Below are positions 47,988 through 57,820 of a DNA stretch of 64,000 bases, one piece after another. Under the pieces are notes generated by a model that was not told the DNA's origin, searched no databases, and saw nothing but the letters and a program-made list of their open reading frames with translations. The position numbers and the translations under genes are program-made. Within the stretch, counting starts at the first letter, position 1, and each line of letters begins with the position of its first letter. The stretch spans positions 124,001 to 188,000 of the IMG/VR virus record IMGVR_UViG_3300042261_002390, one strand, 5' to 3'.

Positions 47988-48767
47988 ATGAATAAAAGTG
48001 TTAATATTAATTTAAGTACGTTAATTTTAATTGGCATCATCACATTCTTATTGATTGGTGGTGGATGGACATATTATCAAAATAGGGTTGATAATTTGAA
48101 AAAAGAACTTGCTACTGAAACAAAGCTAAAAAACGCATTATTGGATAGTGTTGAATATTATCAGAATAAGGAAAAAGAATGGGTTGCTGAAAAGCTGACT
48201 ATTCAAACATCAGTTGAAAATTTGAAAAATCTTAACAATAAACTAACTGAAAACCAGAAAGAATTGGTTAAGAGAATTGAAGAAATAGGGAAAGATTATA
48301 AAATTATTGCTGCTGCTTTAATTAAAACTCAGGTAAAGGTAGATTCTTTATTATTACGAACTAAGCCAACAATAGATACATTAAAAAAGACGGTAGCTTT
48401 TGCTGATACATATAAGGAAGGTAAAAAAGAAATGAGTTTTAGTTTCACCATTGGTAATGTATTGCCAGCATTTAAAAACATTGACCCTTATCTAAGGATA
48501 GATTCACTTTCTTTCCCCAATAAACAGTTTGTTAATTTTAATTGGAAAAACGATAAGAAGGAGGGTTATCCTGTTTCATTTAGTGTTTCAAATTCAAACG
48601 ATTTTTTTAAAACAGTTAACATTGATAGCTATATTATACCCGAAGTTAATAAGTCTGAATTAAAACCAAATAATTGGCAAAAATTTGGAAAATTCATTAA
48701 AGGTAGCGGTAAAACATTAATAACAATAGGCGTTGCAGGATTTGCTGGTTGGTATATTGCCAAATAA
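47988..48767 (+). CDS. Membrane-anchored coiled-coil protein (possible spanin-like)
   Basis: N-terminal TM (TLILIGIITFLLIGGGW), coiled coil, hydrophobic C-terminus. Confidence 0.55.
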   Translation: MNKSVNINLSTLILIGIITFLLIGGGWTYYQNRVDNLKKELATETKLKNALLDSVEYYQNKEKEWVAEKLTIQTSVENLKNLNNKLTENQKELVKRIEEIGKDYKIIAAALIKTQVKVDSLLLRTKPTIDTLKKTVAFADTYKEGKKEMSFSFTIGNVLPAFKNIDPYLRIDSLSFPNKQFVNFNWKNDKKEGYPVSFSVSNSNDFFKTVNIDSYIIPEVNKSELKPNNWQKFGKFIKGSGKTLITIGVAGFAGWYIAK

Positions 48768-48862
48768 ATTAAATCGAACATACTAATATTGTATGTTCTT
48801 TTTATTTATTATCGTTTTTTTGCTTCATCTAAGTATTTATAAACAACTGAATAAATAGTGAA

Positions 48863-49069
48863 ATGGATGAAAATCGTGTAAAAAAATTAATTGGTGATGA
48901 AATCGACAAGTTTGTTAAGGATTCACTAGATAAGGAAATAAAAAAAGTCTTACATTCTTCAAATAGTCAAACTAGGGAAGAAATGATTAGCACCATTAAA
49001 AATGCTATGGAAGCAGTTTATAAAATGCTTTGGGTTAAAAAAGATTTTTGGCGTTCAGACATTAAATAA
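48863..49069 (+). CDS. Hypothetical protein
   Basis: 68 aa after GTATTTATA at 48833. Confidence 0.7.
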   Translation: MDENRVKKLIGDEIDKFVKDSLDKEIKKVLHSSNSQTREEMISTIKNAMEAVYKMLWVKKDFWRSDIK

Positions 49070-49075
49070 TTTAGT

Positions 49076-49822
49076 ATGCGTAGAAAACCATCAGGATATT
49101 GGACTAAAGAACGTTGTGGTGAAGTTGCTTCATTGTGTAATTCAAGAAGTGAATTCAGATTAAAATATATTTCAGCATATAATAATTCGTGGGAGTTTGG
49201 ATGGCTTGATGAAATATGTACACATATGAATATTGCTGGAAATTTAAGAAAAAGATTAGTTTATTCATATGAATTTTCAGATAATTATGTGTATGTCGGT
49301 ATTACTTGTAATATGAATAGGAGAAATAAACAACATTTTGAGATTGGTGGTGCGGTGTTTGAACACATACATGAATCAAAATTATTGCCGATAAACAAAA
49401 TATTATCTGATGGTATTGTTGATGTGGAAAATGCATGTGAATTAGAGAGTTTTTGGGTTAATAAATATTTGATTGACGGTTGGAATATTTTAAATAAAAT
49501 TAAAACAGGTGGGTTGGGTGGAAATATATTGAAGTGGGATAAGATTAATTATTCAAAAGTGGCTATTCTATGTGAAACGAGAAAAGAATTTTCGATTCGA
49601 TTTGTTTCAGCATATATTAATGCTCGTAAAAATGGTTGGCTGGATGATATATGTTCACACATGATTTCTCGAAGAAAGCCGAAAAATTATTGGGATTTTG
49701 ATAGCTGTCGTGATGCAGCAAAAAAGTATAATACAAGATATGACTTTTCACATAAATGTAGCGGTGCATATTTTGTGTCGAAAAAAAATAATTGGTTGGA
49801 TATTTTTTATCCTAAATATTAA
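49076..49822 (+). CDS. GIY-YIG-type homing endonuclease with three W...C...R.EF...SAY...WLD repeats
   Basis: LVYSYEF...VYVGIT....RR..QH...E..W...Y...GW.ILN...GG core flanked by DNA-binding repeats. Confidence 0.8.
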   Translation: MRRKPSGYWTKERCGEVASLCNSRSEFRLKYISAYNNSWEFGWLDEICTHMNIAGNLRKRLVYSYEFSDNYVYVGITCNMNRRNKQHFEIGGAVFEHIHESKLLPINKILSDGIVDVENACELESFWVNKYLIDGWNILNKIKTGGLGGNILKWDKINYSKVAILCETRKEFSIRFVSAYINARKNGWLDDICSHMISRRKPKNYWDFDSCRDAAKKYNTRYDFSHKCSGAYFVSKKNNWLDIFYPKY

Positions 49823-49827
49823 TACAA

Positions 49828-52305
49828 ATGATTGTGAAAAAAATAAATGAAACATCAATAAAACCAACATCAGACAAGCCAGTGAGTGACCAGTCGAGGA
49901 GATTTGAAAAAAAATTTAATAGTACTATGAATCAGTATAATATTAAATTGGATGAAGTGGATGATTTATTAAACGAAGCTGAGTTGTCGCTTAAAAAGAA
50001 AATCTTTAGCTTACCTAAAATGGAAGCATTAGTTTTTTCTGACCCTAAACTTACTACCGTTTATGATGAAATGGCTGAGAATGGTGAAGAACGTTTTGGC
50101 TATCACTATAATGAAACCATTATGAATATGATATTTAACGATTGGGTATTAAACAGTCCTAAATATCTTCAAAAATATAAAATGGCGATTCCAAAGAAAA
50201 AGAAGAGAAGAGATAAAAGTGGTATTAACCAACTCAAAAAAATGGCTAAAACACCTACTCCTTCAATTCAACCACAAACGACTGATGAAACGACTGGTGC
50301 AGCATCATCGGGTGCGTATGCAGGTCCTGCTGCATGGAAAAAAGGTGGCGATTTAATGGAAGAACCAAATAAAGTTGAAGAAACTAGTACATCAGCATCA
50401 TCAGGAGCATATGTTACTCCTGCAGCTTGGGGTTCTGGCGATTTAATGAAAGCCAAAGGTAAAAGTCAAGCAATGCGTAAACCAATATGGCAAGGTGGTA
50501 AGATAATACAAGAAAGTAATTATTTAACTGACCCTGCAGGATTTATGAAATTTATTGATGCATTGAATGAGCAAATAGGTATTGAAGAACCACAAATGGC
50601 TCAAAATCCTAACGTTAAGCCTGATAGTCGTTCTGACGTTAATCGTAAGATTATTGATGGAACTTCTGCTTTTAATAGTGATACTATTAAGGGTTGGGGA
50701 AAGGATGACACTAATATTCAGTATAATACGATGAAAACTGGTAAAGTAGACAACCCTAATTTTCAACATATGGAAGAAGAAATAATGGATGAAAAGGCAA
50801 AATCAAAAGCACAACAACGTTTATTCGGTATGGCTCATGCTGTGCAAAAAGGCGAATTAAGTCCGAGTAAGGTTGGCGGTGATGTTAAAAAAATTGCAAA
50901 AACAGTGAGTGCAAAAGATGTTGAAGATTTTGCATCAACAAAACATAAAAAATTACCTGAAAAGGTCGATGAATTAGCGTTAAATGAATTTCTAAGTCTA
51001 CATGATATTGTTGAATATGTATCAGATAGAAATGGTGAAGAACCTTTCGAAATGCATGGCGATAAATGGCAGTTTGTTAACGGTAAATATCCTAATGGTA
51101 AGGTGGATATTGCTGTTTATCGATACGGCACTGATTTAGCATATGATTATGAAAGATGGAGAGAAGAAATGAACATTAATGAAACAGACCAATCAATGAT
51201 AGGAGATACACAAAGTACTATGGCAAATAAACCACAAGCAACAGGTACAGTTACTACTGGTGGTGTTCCAGTAGGATTGACCGACATGAAAGAAAATTAT
51301 AATTTGTTGGAAGAAATTGATAATGAATTGAATGCATACTCAATTCATCAGAATAAACTAAAGAAAATTGCTGAAGATAGGAAACCATCAGCATTAGTAT
51401 TAAAAGACCGTCTGGGTGCTGAAAATGCAACTAATTTCAAAAAAGATTTAGGTCAGAGCGGTACTAAAGACATTATTAATGTTGAAAAAGAATTGATGTA
51501 CAAAGACCAGCAAACAGATGTAGGGGATGACCCACAAAAACTTGGTCAGGATATTGAAAAGAAAGCATTACAGGTAACCAAAGGTAAGTCATTCGATAAT
51601 GTTGGAGACTCAACTAATGATAAGGGTAATGAAATTCCTAAGCGTAATTTGACTAGTGAGGAACAAGACGAAGTTAATATGTATCGTTTAGGACAGCAAG
51701 ATTTGGTTTATGATAATAAACCAAGTGAACGTTTTGAAGAACGTATGAAAGCTGATATGGGTGATACTTTATATAAACAAAGACAAGAAAAACTTGATTT
51801 CAGAGCTAAAGCACCAATGTATAACAAAGATACACAACCAACTGAAGAAGGTATTGAAAAATCACAATTTGATAAAAATAAATCTGGCTGGAATGAAAGA
51901 ACTGGATTGGAAGAATCTATGGTTACTGGTAGATATCGTGATGCTTTGAATAAGAGTCATATTATTGACTTCACAATAAACGAAGCATTAGCTATGACCC
52001 CGGGAAGCGAAGAATCATTATTTAAATTAGATTTTACTGGTTTGGGTAATATGTATATGAGCAAAACTGAAAACTATAAAGTAAGTATGAATGAAGGCGT
52101 AGTTGAGGTACTTAATTTGCATGATTTTTATACTGATGGGAAGAATGTTTATTTCGTAAAAAATAATGCACAGAATTTGAGCGAAAGTGAAGTAAAATCG
52201 ACAAATGTAGTTAACGAAAATGTTGAAAAAATGAAACATTTATTGGGTTACAATCCAAATAGGTTTGTTAATACTAATAATATAAAAAAGAATAGAGGTT
52301 TTTAA
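49828..52305 (+). CDS. Large putative head-internal protein containing a DUF3008-like module
   Basis: AKSKAQQRLFGMAHAVQKG...DVEDFASTKHKKLP, duplicated ETT.A.SSGAY..PAAW, many (L/I)xE linkers. Confidence 0.7.
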   Translation: MIVKKINETSIKPTSDKPVSDQSRRFEKKFNSTMNQYNIKLDEVDDLLNEAELSLKKKIFSLPKMEALVFSDPKLTTVYDEMAENGEERFGYHYNETIMNMIFNDWVLNSPKYLQKYKMAIPKKKKRRDKSGINQLKKMAKTPTPSIQPQTTDETTGAASSGAYAGPAAWKKGGDLMEEPNKVEETSTSASSGAYVTPAAWGSGDLMKAKGKSQAMRKPIWQGGKIIQESNYLTDPAGFMKFIDALNEQIGIEEPQMAQNPNVKPDSRSDVNRKIIDGTSAFNSDTIKGWGKDDTNIQYNTMKTGKVDNPNFQHMEEEIMDEKAKSKAQQRLFGMAHAVQKGELSPSKVGGDVKKIAKTVSAKDVEDFASTKHKKLPEKVDELALNEFLSLHDIVEYVSDRNGEEPFEMHGDKWQFVNGKYPNGKVDIAVYRYGTDLAYDYERWREEMNINETDQSMIGDTQSTMANKPQATGTVTTGGVPVGLTDMKENYNLLEEIDNELNAYSIHQNKLKKIAEDRKPSALVLKDRLGAENATNFKKDLGQSGTKDIINVEKELMYKDQQTDVGDDPQKLGQDIEKKALQVTKGKSFDNVGDSTNDKGNEIPKRNLTSEEQDEVNMYRLGQQDLVYDNKPSERFEERMKADMGDTLYKQRQEKLDFRAKAPMYNKDTQPTEEGIEKSQFDKNKSGWNERTGLEESMVTGRYRDALNKSHIIDFTINEALAMTPGSEESLFKLDFTGLGNMYMSKTENYKVSMNEGVVEVLNLHDFYTDGKNVYFVKNNAQNLSESEVKSTNVVNENVEKMKHLLGYNPNRFVNTNNIKKNRGF

Positions 52306-52679
52306 TGACTGATTATAAAACAATAACCAAAGAAGAATTTGATGCTGCATATAAACTTTATCCACCTAATAAGTGGATAAAGTTTGGATATAAATATTTC
52401 TCAAAAGGAACTGAGATGAAAGACATGTATTTGAAAAATATTCTAACATATGTGCTATTGAGTTTTTTTATTTTTGGTTTTATTGGTACAATATTGAATC
52501 TATCAAGAAAACTTATATTAATACCAACAATTATTTACACCATCGCAGTGTTTTTATTTGTAGGGTATATGTTTAGTGTTGTTTTATTGAATAATAGGAG
52601 AGTTGCTAAAGTTGCAAAAGAACTTGGGGTAACGCTTGAAGAATATAATTATATAGTAAATACATATTATCCACAATGA
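52305..52679 (+). CDS. Two-TM membrane protein
   Basis: Two hydrophobic segments, near the endolysin (holin-like role possible, unproven). Confidence 0.7.
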   Translation: MTDYKTITKEEFDAAYKLYPPNKWIKFGYKYFSKGTEMKDMYLKNILTYVLLSFFIFGFIGTILNLSRKLILIPTIIYTIAVFLFVGYMFSVVLLNNRRVAKVAKELGVTLEEYNYIVNTYYPQ

Positions 52680-52930
52680 GTAATTTTAAAGATAAATGGA
52701 GAAAATTTTGGGGATATACATATCTCCTAAATATTAATACTGGTGAAATTCATGATACGAAAAACGCTAAGAGTAGATGTCATATTGAAGATATTAGTAA
52801 AAAGAATAAGAAATATTTGACAAAAAAACAATCTGAGAAAATACTTGGCACTACTGTAAATAAAAAAGAAGTAAATGGCTGTAGATTTTGTAATCCGAAT
52901 AAAAATACTGACGATAGATTTAAAAAATAA
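52676..52930 (+). CDS. Small putative Zn-binding protein
   Basis: EIH...C...GCRFC. Confidence 0.65.
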   Translation: MSNFKDKWRKFWGYTYLLNINTGEIHDTKNAKSRCHIEDISKKNKKYLTKKQSEKILGTTVNKKEVNGCRFCNPNKNTDDRFKK

Positions 52931-52946
52931 TCGAGAATTACCAGTG

Positions 52947-52972
52947 AATAGGGGCATTTAGCCCCTATTTTT
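52947..52972 (+). terminator. Intrinsic terminator
   Basis: AATAGGGGC-attta-GCCCCTATTTTT. Confidence 0.85.
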
Positions 52973-53005
52973 ATTTTAGGAGTATTTATGTGAAAAATAC
53001 GAATA

Positions 53006-53758
53006 ATGTTTAGTTTAAATAAATTTACCTACGGATTATTAAACGATAGTAATGCATATGCTCTAGATATGAAAAAAAATGAATCATTAGCATATGGTAC
53101 ATTAGATTTGAATGAGATTATTGATGTTGATTTTCCAGATAATCAGTATTTCAAAATACAAACTCCTAAAAAACAGATAGTTTTACATCATACTGTTAGC
53201 GGAGTTGGTGTTGATGGTGATATATCGTGGTGGAGACAAACATCTGACCGTATTGGCACTGCTGTTATTATTGGAGCGGATGGTAAAATATATCAATGTT
53301 TTTCTTCGATATATTGGGCATATCATTTGGGATTGAAAACTGATAACAATACAGCACTAAATAAAGGCAGTATTGGTATTGAAATTGATTCATGGGGTGG
53401 GTTGATTGAATCAAATGGTAAATGGTATCCAGCTAAATGGGATAGTAATTTAAATAGTTTTATACCTAATATTCGAGTTTCTTCAATAGCAAATGTTACG
53501 AAATATCCTAAAGGATATAAAGGCTTTTATGGATACGAATCGTATTCTGATGAACAAATTGATGCAGTATATAAATTATTGAAATATTGGGGTGGAAAAT
53601 ATAATATTCCACTAAACTATAATGAAGATATGTTTAACGTTAGTAATAGAGCGTTAAATGGTACTCCGGGCGTTTGGTCACACACTTCATTCAGAGCAGA
53701 TAAGAGTGATTGCCATCCACAACCTGAAATAATTGAAATGCTTAAATCATTAATGTAG
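53006..53758 (+). CDS. N-acetylmuramoyl-L-alanine amidase (Amidase_2), probable endolysin
   Basis: IVLHHT, DGKIYQ, WAYHLG, SIGIEI, Y..EQ, SH...R.DKSDCHP. Late motif at 52982. Confidence 0.9.
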   Translation: MFSLNKFTYGLLNDSNAYALDMKKNESLAYGTLDLNEIIDVDFPDNQYFKIQTPKKQIVLHHTVSGVGVDGDISWWRQTSDRIGTAVIIGADGKIYQCFSSIYWAYHLGLKTDNNTALNKGSIGIEIDSWGGLIESNGKWYPAKWDSNLNSFIPNIRVSSIANVTKYPKGYKGFYGYESYSDEQIDAVYKLLKYWGGKYNIPLNYNEDMFNVSNRALNGTPGVWSHTSFRADKSDCHPQPEIIEMLKSLM

Positions 53759-54186
53759 TGAATAATAAAAGCGAACAAAAATTTATTATAGTGAAAAGCA
53801 GGGTGGAATTATATAAAGATTTCGCAATGAATTTATTATATTATATTGACCGCTATTATATTGACTTTGAAAGTCTTAACACCAAGGAAGACATATTTAA
53901 TCATTTTTCATTTTGTTATAATAAGGTTTGCGATGAGTTTTTAAAAGAAGAAATTAATTTCAAAGAAAATGCTGAATTGAAGGAATATTTTCATACATAT
54001 TATTATCATCAATATTATATGATGCAAAATAATGCCCATCCATTAGATTATTATGAAAAATTTTGGAAAACAATATTCGATATCGATAAGCATAAAAATA
54101 GAAATATCGTTAACATACTAATCGAAATTTATCAAATTTACGATAAATCGATAAATCATGAAAAAAATATATTGGAAATAGTGTAA
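53758..54186 (+). CDS. Hypothetical protein
   Basis: 142-aa ORF coupled to the amidase. Confidence 0.7.
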   Translation: MNNKSEQKFIIVKSRVELYKDFAMNLLYYIDRYYIDFESLNTKEDIFNHFSFCYNKVCDEFLKEEINFKENAELKEYFHTYYYHQYYMMQNNAHPLDYYEKFWKTIFDIDKHKNRNIVNILIEIYQIYDKSINHEKNILEIV

Positions 54187-54263
54187 AACTCTTGCACATA
54201 TTAAAATTTTTGAATATATTTACGACCGCAAAAAATAATATAAGATATTTAATAAATCACTTT

Positions 54264-54518
54264 ATGGCAAATTTAAAGTTAGACCTTTTGAACAAAATTC
54301 AGAATGACAAGTATTTTGAAGAAATGGAATTAGTACGTCTTGCACAAGACCCAAACATTAATTACAGAGAAAAAATCGATGCTATGTCGTACCGATTACA
54401 ATCAATTGCAATTATCAATGCACAGTTGGGATTGGTTGAGCAATATTTTAACGAACAAGCACCACAACAGGCTGCACCGCAAGGTCAGGTTCATCAAGGT
54501 CAATCTCACGGAGAATAA
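54264..54518 (+). CDS. Hypothetical protein
   Basis: Likely start ATG 54264. Upstream CTTG-N20-TATATTTA (54191-54222). Confidence 0.75.
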   Translation: MANLKLDLLNKIQNDKYFEEMELVRLAQDPNINYREKIDAMSYRLQSIAIINAQLGLVEQYFNEQAPQQAAPQGQVHQGQSHGE

Positions 54519-54521
54519 TTT

Positions 54522-54716
54522 ATGGAAATAATAACTGAAATATATCAGTTTTTATTCATTTCTTCCATCATCTATATATTTTATGTCTTGTTTGATTTGA
54601 GTATTAAGATGTATGGAAGATTTGTTTTAAAAACAGATGCACGATTTAAAATCGGGGTTTCTGGAAAAATTATATTTTGGATATCCTTGGGGATAATTTT
54701 TACTTATTTAATATGA
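54522..54716 (+). CDS. Small membrane protein
   Basis: Two hydrophobic stretches. Confidence 0.7.
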   Translation: MEIITEIYQFLFISSIIYIFYVLFDLSIKMYGRFVLKTDARFKIGVSGKIIFWISLGIIFTYLI

Positions 54717-55207
54717 CAAAGGTAGTACAAGAAGCATTTGCACCTATTGCTGAATACTTTATTAGCATGTCGGTAGACACAGTAACAGGATTCCATATAC
54801 TTGAAATTGGTATTCCAGATAAATGGGCATTTAGTGACAGTCGTGACATTAAATGTGAAGTTCTGGCTGAAAGTGAAGAAGGAAAGGTTTTAAAAATTTC
54901 ATCACATGATGAACAAATCGTTATTGATGATTTGATTGAATTTGTTTGTATAATAGTCGATACTAACATTAAGATTGTTATGAAAGAAGAAGAGTTTAAA
55001 GAAAAAATGAATGAAATGAAAAAAATGTTAGAGGATGAAGCTAATAAATTTTATGCTGAACTTGATATGCTTAAAGACAATTCATTCAAAAGATTAGCCG
55101 AAGAATTAAACCCGAATCCTAATGACTCGAATACGGGTCAAAAAAAAAGAACGTATAATAAGAAAGCAACATATAAACCCATAACATTAACTGGTACTAC
55201 TTCTTAA
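54713..55207 (+). CDS. Hypothetical protein
   Basis: ATGA overlap with the upstream gene. Confidence 0.75.
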   Translation: MTKVVQEAFAPIAEYFISMSVDTVTGFHILEIGIPDKWAFSDSRDIKCEVLAESEEGKVLKISSHDEQIVIDDLIEFVCIIVDTNIKIVMKEEEFKEKMNEMKKMLEDEANKFYAELDMLKDNSFKRLAEELNPNPNDSNTGQKKRTYNKKATYKPITLTGTTS

Positions 55208-55217
55208 TTTTCGCAAT

Positions 55218-55559
55218 ATGAGTAAAAATCTAAAATCTATTGATTTTGATGATGATTACGAAGACTATGAGAATTTTAGTAAGCATATGGATGATGATAC
55301 TGAAAGAAATAAGAAAAAATTTGCAAGAATTCTTGGTTCTCAGTCGGAAATGCTTCTAGCCGAAATTGAGCAAAAAAAAGAAAGTCAAAAACATTTAAGA
55401 AAAAAATATGTGAGATATATCTTAAAACATGAAAAGAATAGGTATAGTGAAAATTCACTTAATTCCTTATCGTTTGAAGATGTTGTGTCAATATATGAGG
55501 ATGTAAAATTGAATAGAAATGTTTTTAGTAAAATTTTTGACTTTTTCTTTGGTGGTTAA
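55218..55559 (+). CDS. Hypothetical protein
   Basis: 113-aa ORF. Confidence 0.7.
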   Translation: MSKNLKSIDFDDDYEDYENFSKHMDDDTERNKKKFARILGSQSEMLLAEIEQKKESQKHLRKKYVRYILKHEKNRYSENSLNSLSFEDVVSIYEDVKLNRNVFSKIFDFFFGG

Positions 55560-55578
55560 CATTTTTTGAATAATTTTG
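55548..55578 (+). promoter_or_regulatory. Bacteroidota sigma-type promoter
   Basis: TTTG-N19-TAATTTTG. Confidence 0.6.
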
Positions 55579-55603
55579 TGGTATTAATTTTAAATATAGC
55601 GTA

Positions 55604-56401
55604 ATGAAAGGTTTATATGATGAGATTTTTAATAAAGTATCGATTTATGACATGCTTTTTTTTAGTATAAAGGCGGTATTAATTCACCCGACCTTAGAAG
55701 ACTTGGAAGCAAATGATATGCCCATGTATAATCAATGGAAGTATGTCTCAAAAACTAAGTATGATTGTGATTTAGATGTGGATAGTTCCAATGCTAAATC
55801 CGGTCAGAAGATTTATGAAGACAATGCGGTATATCACCCGGAGTATTGTAAAATTGTTGCTATCACATATGCTTCAATCTATCTTGAAGATGGTAATATG
55901 AAGAGAAACTTTAAGAAAATTATTAATCAGGATGAACGAGTTCTTCTTGAAACTTTTATGAGTGAATTGACATATTTGTCGAATGCCTCATTAAAATTAA
56001 CGCCTCAATTTTTTCCTACGTTATGTGGTCATAATGTTTTTGGTTACGACATTCCATTTTTAATTAAAAGGTTTATCTTATTGCACTCACAATTTGAAAC
56101 CCCAATGCAATTGCCGTTATTATTAAAACGGACGCTTAATAGTAAGCCTTGGGAAACCATTGTTGTTGATACTAGTGTTGTTTGGAAGTTTAATGGCTTT
56201 GATAGTGCATCGTTAATGATGATTTCGGATTTTTTGAAATTGGAGAGAACAGTAGACATCATGCCACATAATGAATTATCAAAATATTATTGGGAAAATA
56301 TTGATGAAAACTCAAAACAAACTTTAGAGTATATTGGATTGCAAGCAGCAAATCAAACCAATCTTGTTATTAAACTCATTAATATACTTAGATTGTTGTA
56401 A
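55604..56401 (+). CDS. PolB-related 3'-5' exonuclease-like protein, degenerate active site
   Basis: PEYCKIVAI, LCGHN..GYDIPFL.KR, KPWE...DT..WKF, SL are typical of the family. ExoI DxE reads SIK. Confidence 0.75.
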   Translation: MKGLYDEIFNKVSIYDMLFFSIKAVLIHPTLEDLEANDMPMYNQWKYVSKTKYDCDLDVDSSNAKSGQKIYEDNAVYHPEYCKIVAITYASIYLEDGNMKRNFKKIINQDERVLLETFMSELTYLSNASLKLTPQFFPTLCGHNVFGYDIPFLIKRFILLHSQFETPMQLPLLLKRTLNSKPWETIVVDTSVVWKFNGFDSASLMMISDFLKLERTVDIMPHNELSKYYWENIDENSKQTLEYIGLQAANQTNLVIKLINILRLL

Positions 56402-56472
56402 TTGATATTTCTGTTTTATTATATGGGAGTCGGTTTTAATATAAACTGACTCCTTTGTATTTATATTATATT

Positions 56473-57408
56473 ATGAGACGTGGATTACTAATATCAGGTA
56501 ATGGTTCTTGGGATTCGTATGGAAATGGTACATTAGCTAGGATTAATGGAAATTACGATGTTGTTGTCGGCATGTCAACAGGAAGTTTAAGTGCACCTAT
56601 GGTTGCATTAAATCAATGGGAAATGTTGAGAAACGGTAATGAATTGATTAAAATATCAGATGTTTTTGATATTCGTTGGTATAAAATTAAACCAGTAGAC
56701 AAGTATGGGAGAATTCGAAAATTCCCTATAATAATCACACTAATACTTGGAAATAAAACAATATATACTTCAAATAAACTTCGAAAAAGTCTTGATTATT
56801 ATATAAATGAAGATTATTTTTATGAACTTCGTAGTGAAAATAAAGAGATATTGGTGGGGTCACAAAATTATTCTAGGATACCACCTAAGATTCAATTTTT
56901 TAGCTCAATGGTTGAAACTTGTGAAGAATTTAAGGATTGGATGTGGTGTAGTGCTAATTTTCCTTTTTACGGGTCACTGGTGAAAAAAAGTTGGCGTGAT
57001 TCATATGGTAATTTTCATGTTGGTAGGTGGAATGGTGGTGTTTTGACCGATTTAGATGGATTGAATCAATTGATAGATAGAGATTTAGATGAGATTGATA
57101 TTGTACTGCATCGCCCACGATTAGAAGAAAAACTTGAAGGAAATCATATACATAGCTTAATAGAGTATGTCTCAAGTAGTATTCAGTCATTACGTAATGA
57201 CTATGAAACTCAATATTTTTATGAGAAGATACACGAATTAAATAAAAACGGTACTAAAGTTAGAGTGTTTTGGCTGCCTCGAAAATTGAGTTTAAATCCG
57301 ATGGCGTATGATAATAGTGAAATGGACGCTTGGTGGGATGAAGGTTATGCTACCGCATTTGAACCACGACGTTTAGAAATATTTGAACCAATATCTAGGA
57401 AGTTTTGA
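56473..57408 (+). CDS. Patatin-like phospholipase, degenerate
   Basis: LLISGNGS, VGMSTGSL (GxSxG), SANFP, NGG in place of DGG, WWDEGY. Confidence 0.75.
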   Translation: MRRGLLISGNGSWDSYGNGTLARINGNYDVVVGMSTGSLSAPMVALNQWEMLRNGNELIKISDVFDIRWYKIKPVDKYGRIRKFPIIITLILGNKTIYTSNKLRKSLDYYINEDYFYELRSENKEILVGSQNYSRIPPKIQFFSSMVETCEEFKDWMWCSANFPFYGSLVKKSWRDSYGNFHVGRWNGGVLTDLDGLNQLIDRDLDEIDIVLHRPRLEEKLEGNHIHSLIEYVSSSIQSLRNDYETQYFYEKIHELNKNGTKVRVFWLPRKLSLNPMAYDNSEMDAWWDEGYATAFEPRRLEIFEPISRKF

Positions 57409-57460
57409 GACCATTTTAAACGTTTATAGCCATTCTTCAATTAATTGATAAAAGATATTG

Positions 57461-57504
57461 TAATTAGGCTAAATGTCGCTATAAATTGAAATTTAGCCTA
57501 ATTA
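57461..57504. terminator. Inverted repeat between convergent gene blocks
   Basis: TAATTAGGCTAAAT...ATTTAGCCTAATTA (14-bp stem). Confidence 0.65.
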
Positions 57505-57510
57505 TCGATA

Positions 57511-57816
57511 TTATACCCACTTCAGCCAGTCTTTGAACGTACCATCAATAAACTCGGCATCATATTGATTGTCGAAATCATCTTCTTCGACATATGCTCT
57601 TTTCATTTTAGTTGAACCATATAGCATATAATCAATCATATCAACTATTGTTTCGAAGAAAATATACATTTTGTCCTTATAGATGTAAATAAAGCTATCT
57701 TTCCAATTTATTGATTCCGGGTCTATTGAATAGTTTAATAATACCCCAACTATCTTATTCCCCTTTTCGCCATGCATATGTGTTTCTTCATGGACTGTTT
57801 TAATTTTGGTTTTCAT
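57511..57816 (-). CDS. Hypothetical protein
   Basis: 101-aa ORF. Confidence 0.7.
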   Translation of the reverse strand: MKTKIKTVHEETHMHGEKGNKIVGVLLNYSIDPESINWKDSFIYIYKDKMYIFFETIVDMIDYMLYGSTKMKRAYVEEDDFDNQYDAEFIDGTFKDWLKWV

Positions 57817-57820
57817 ATTG

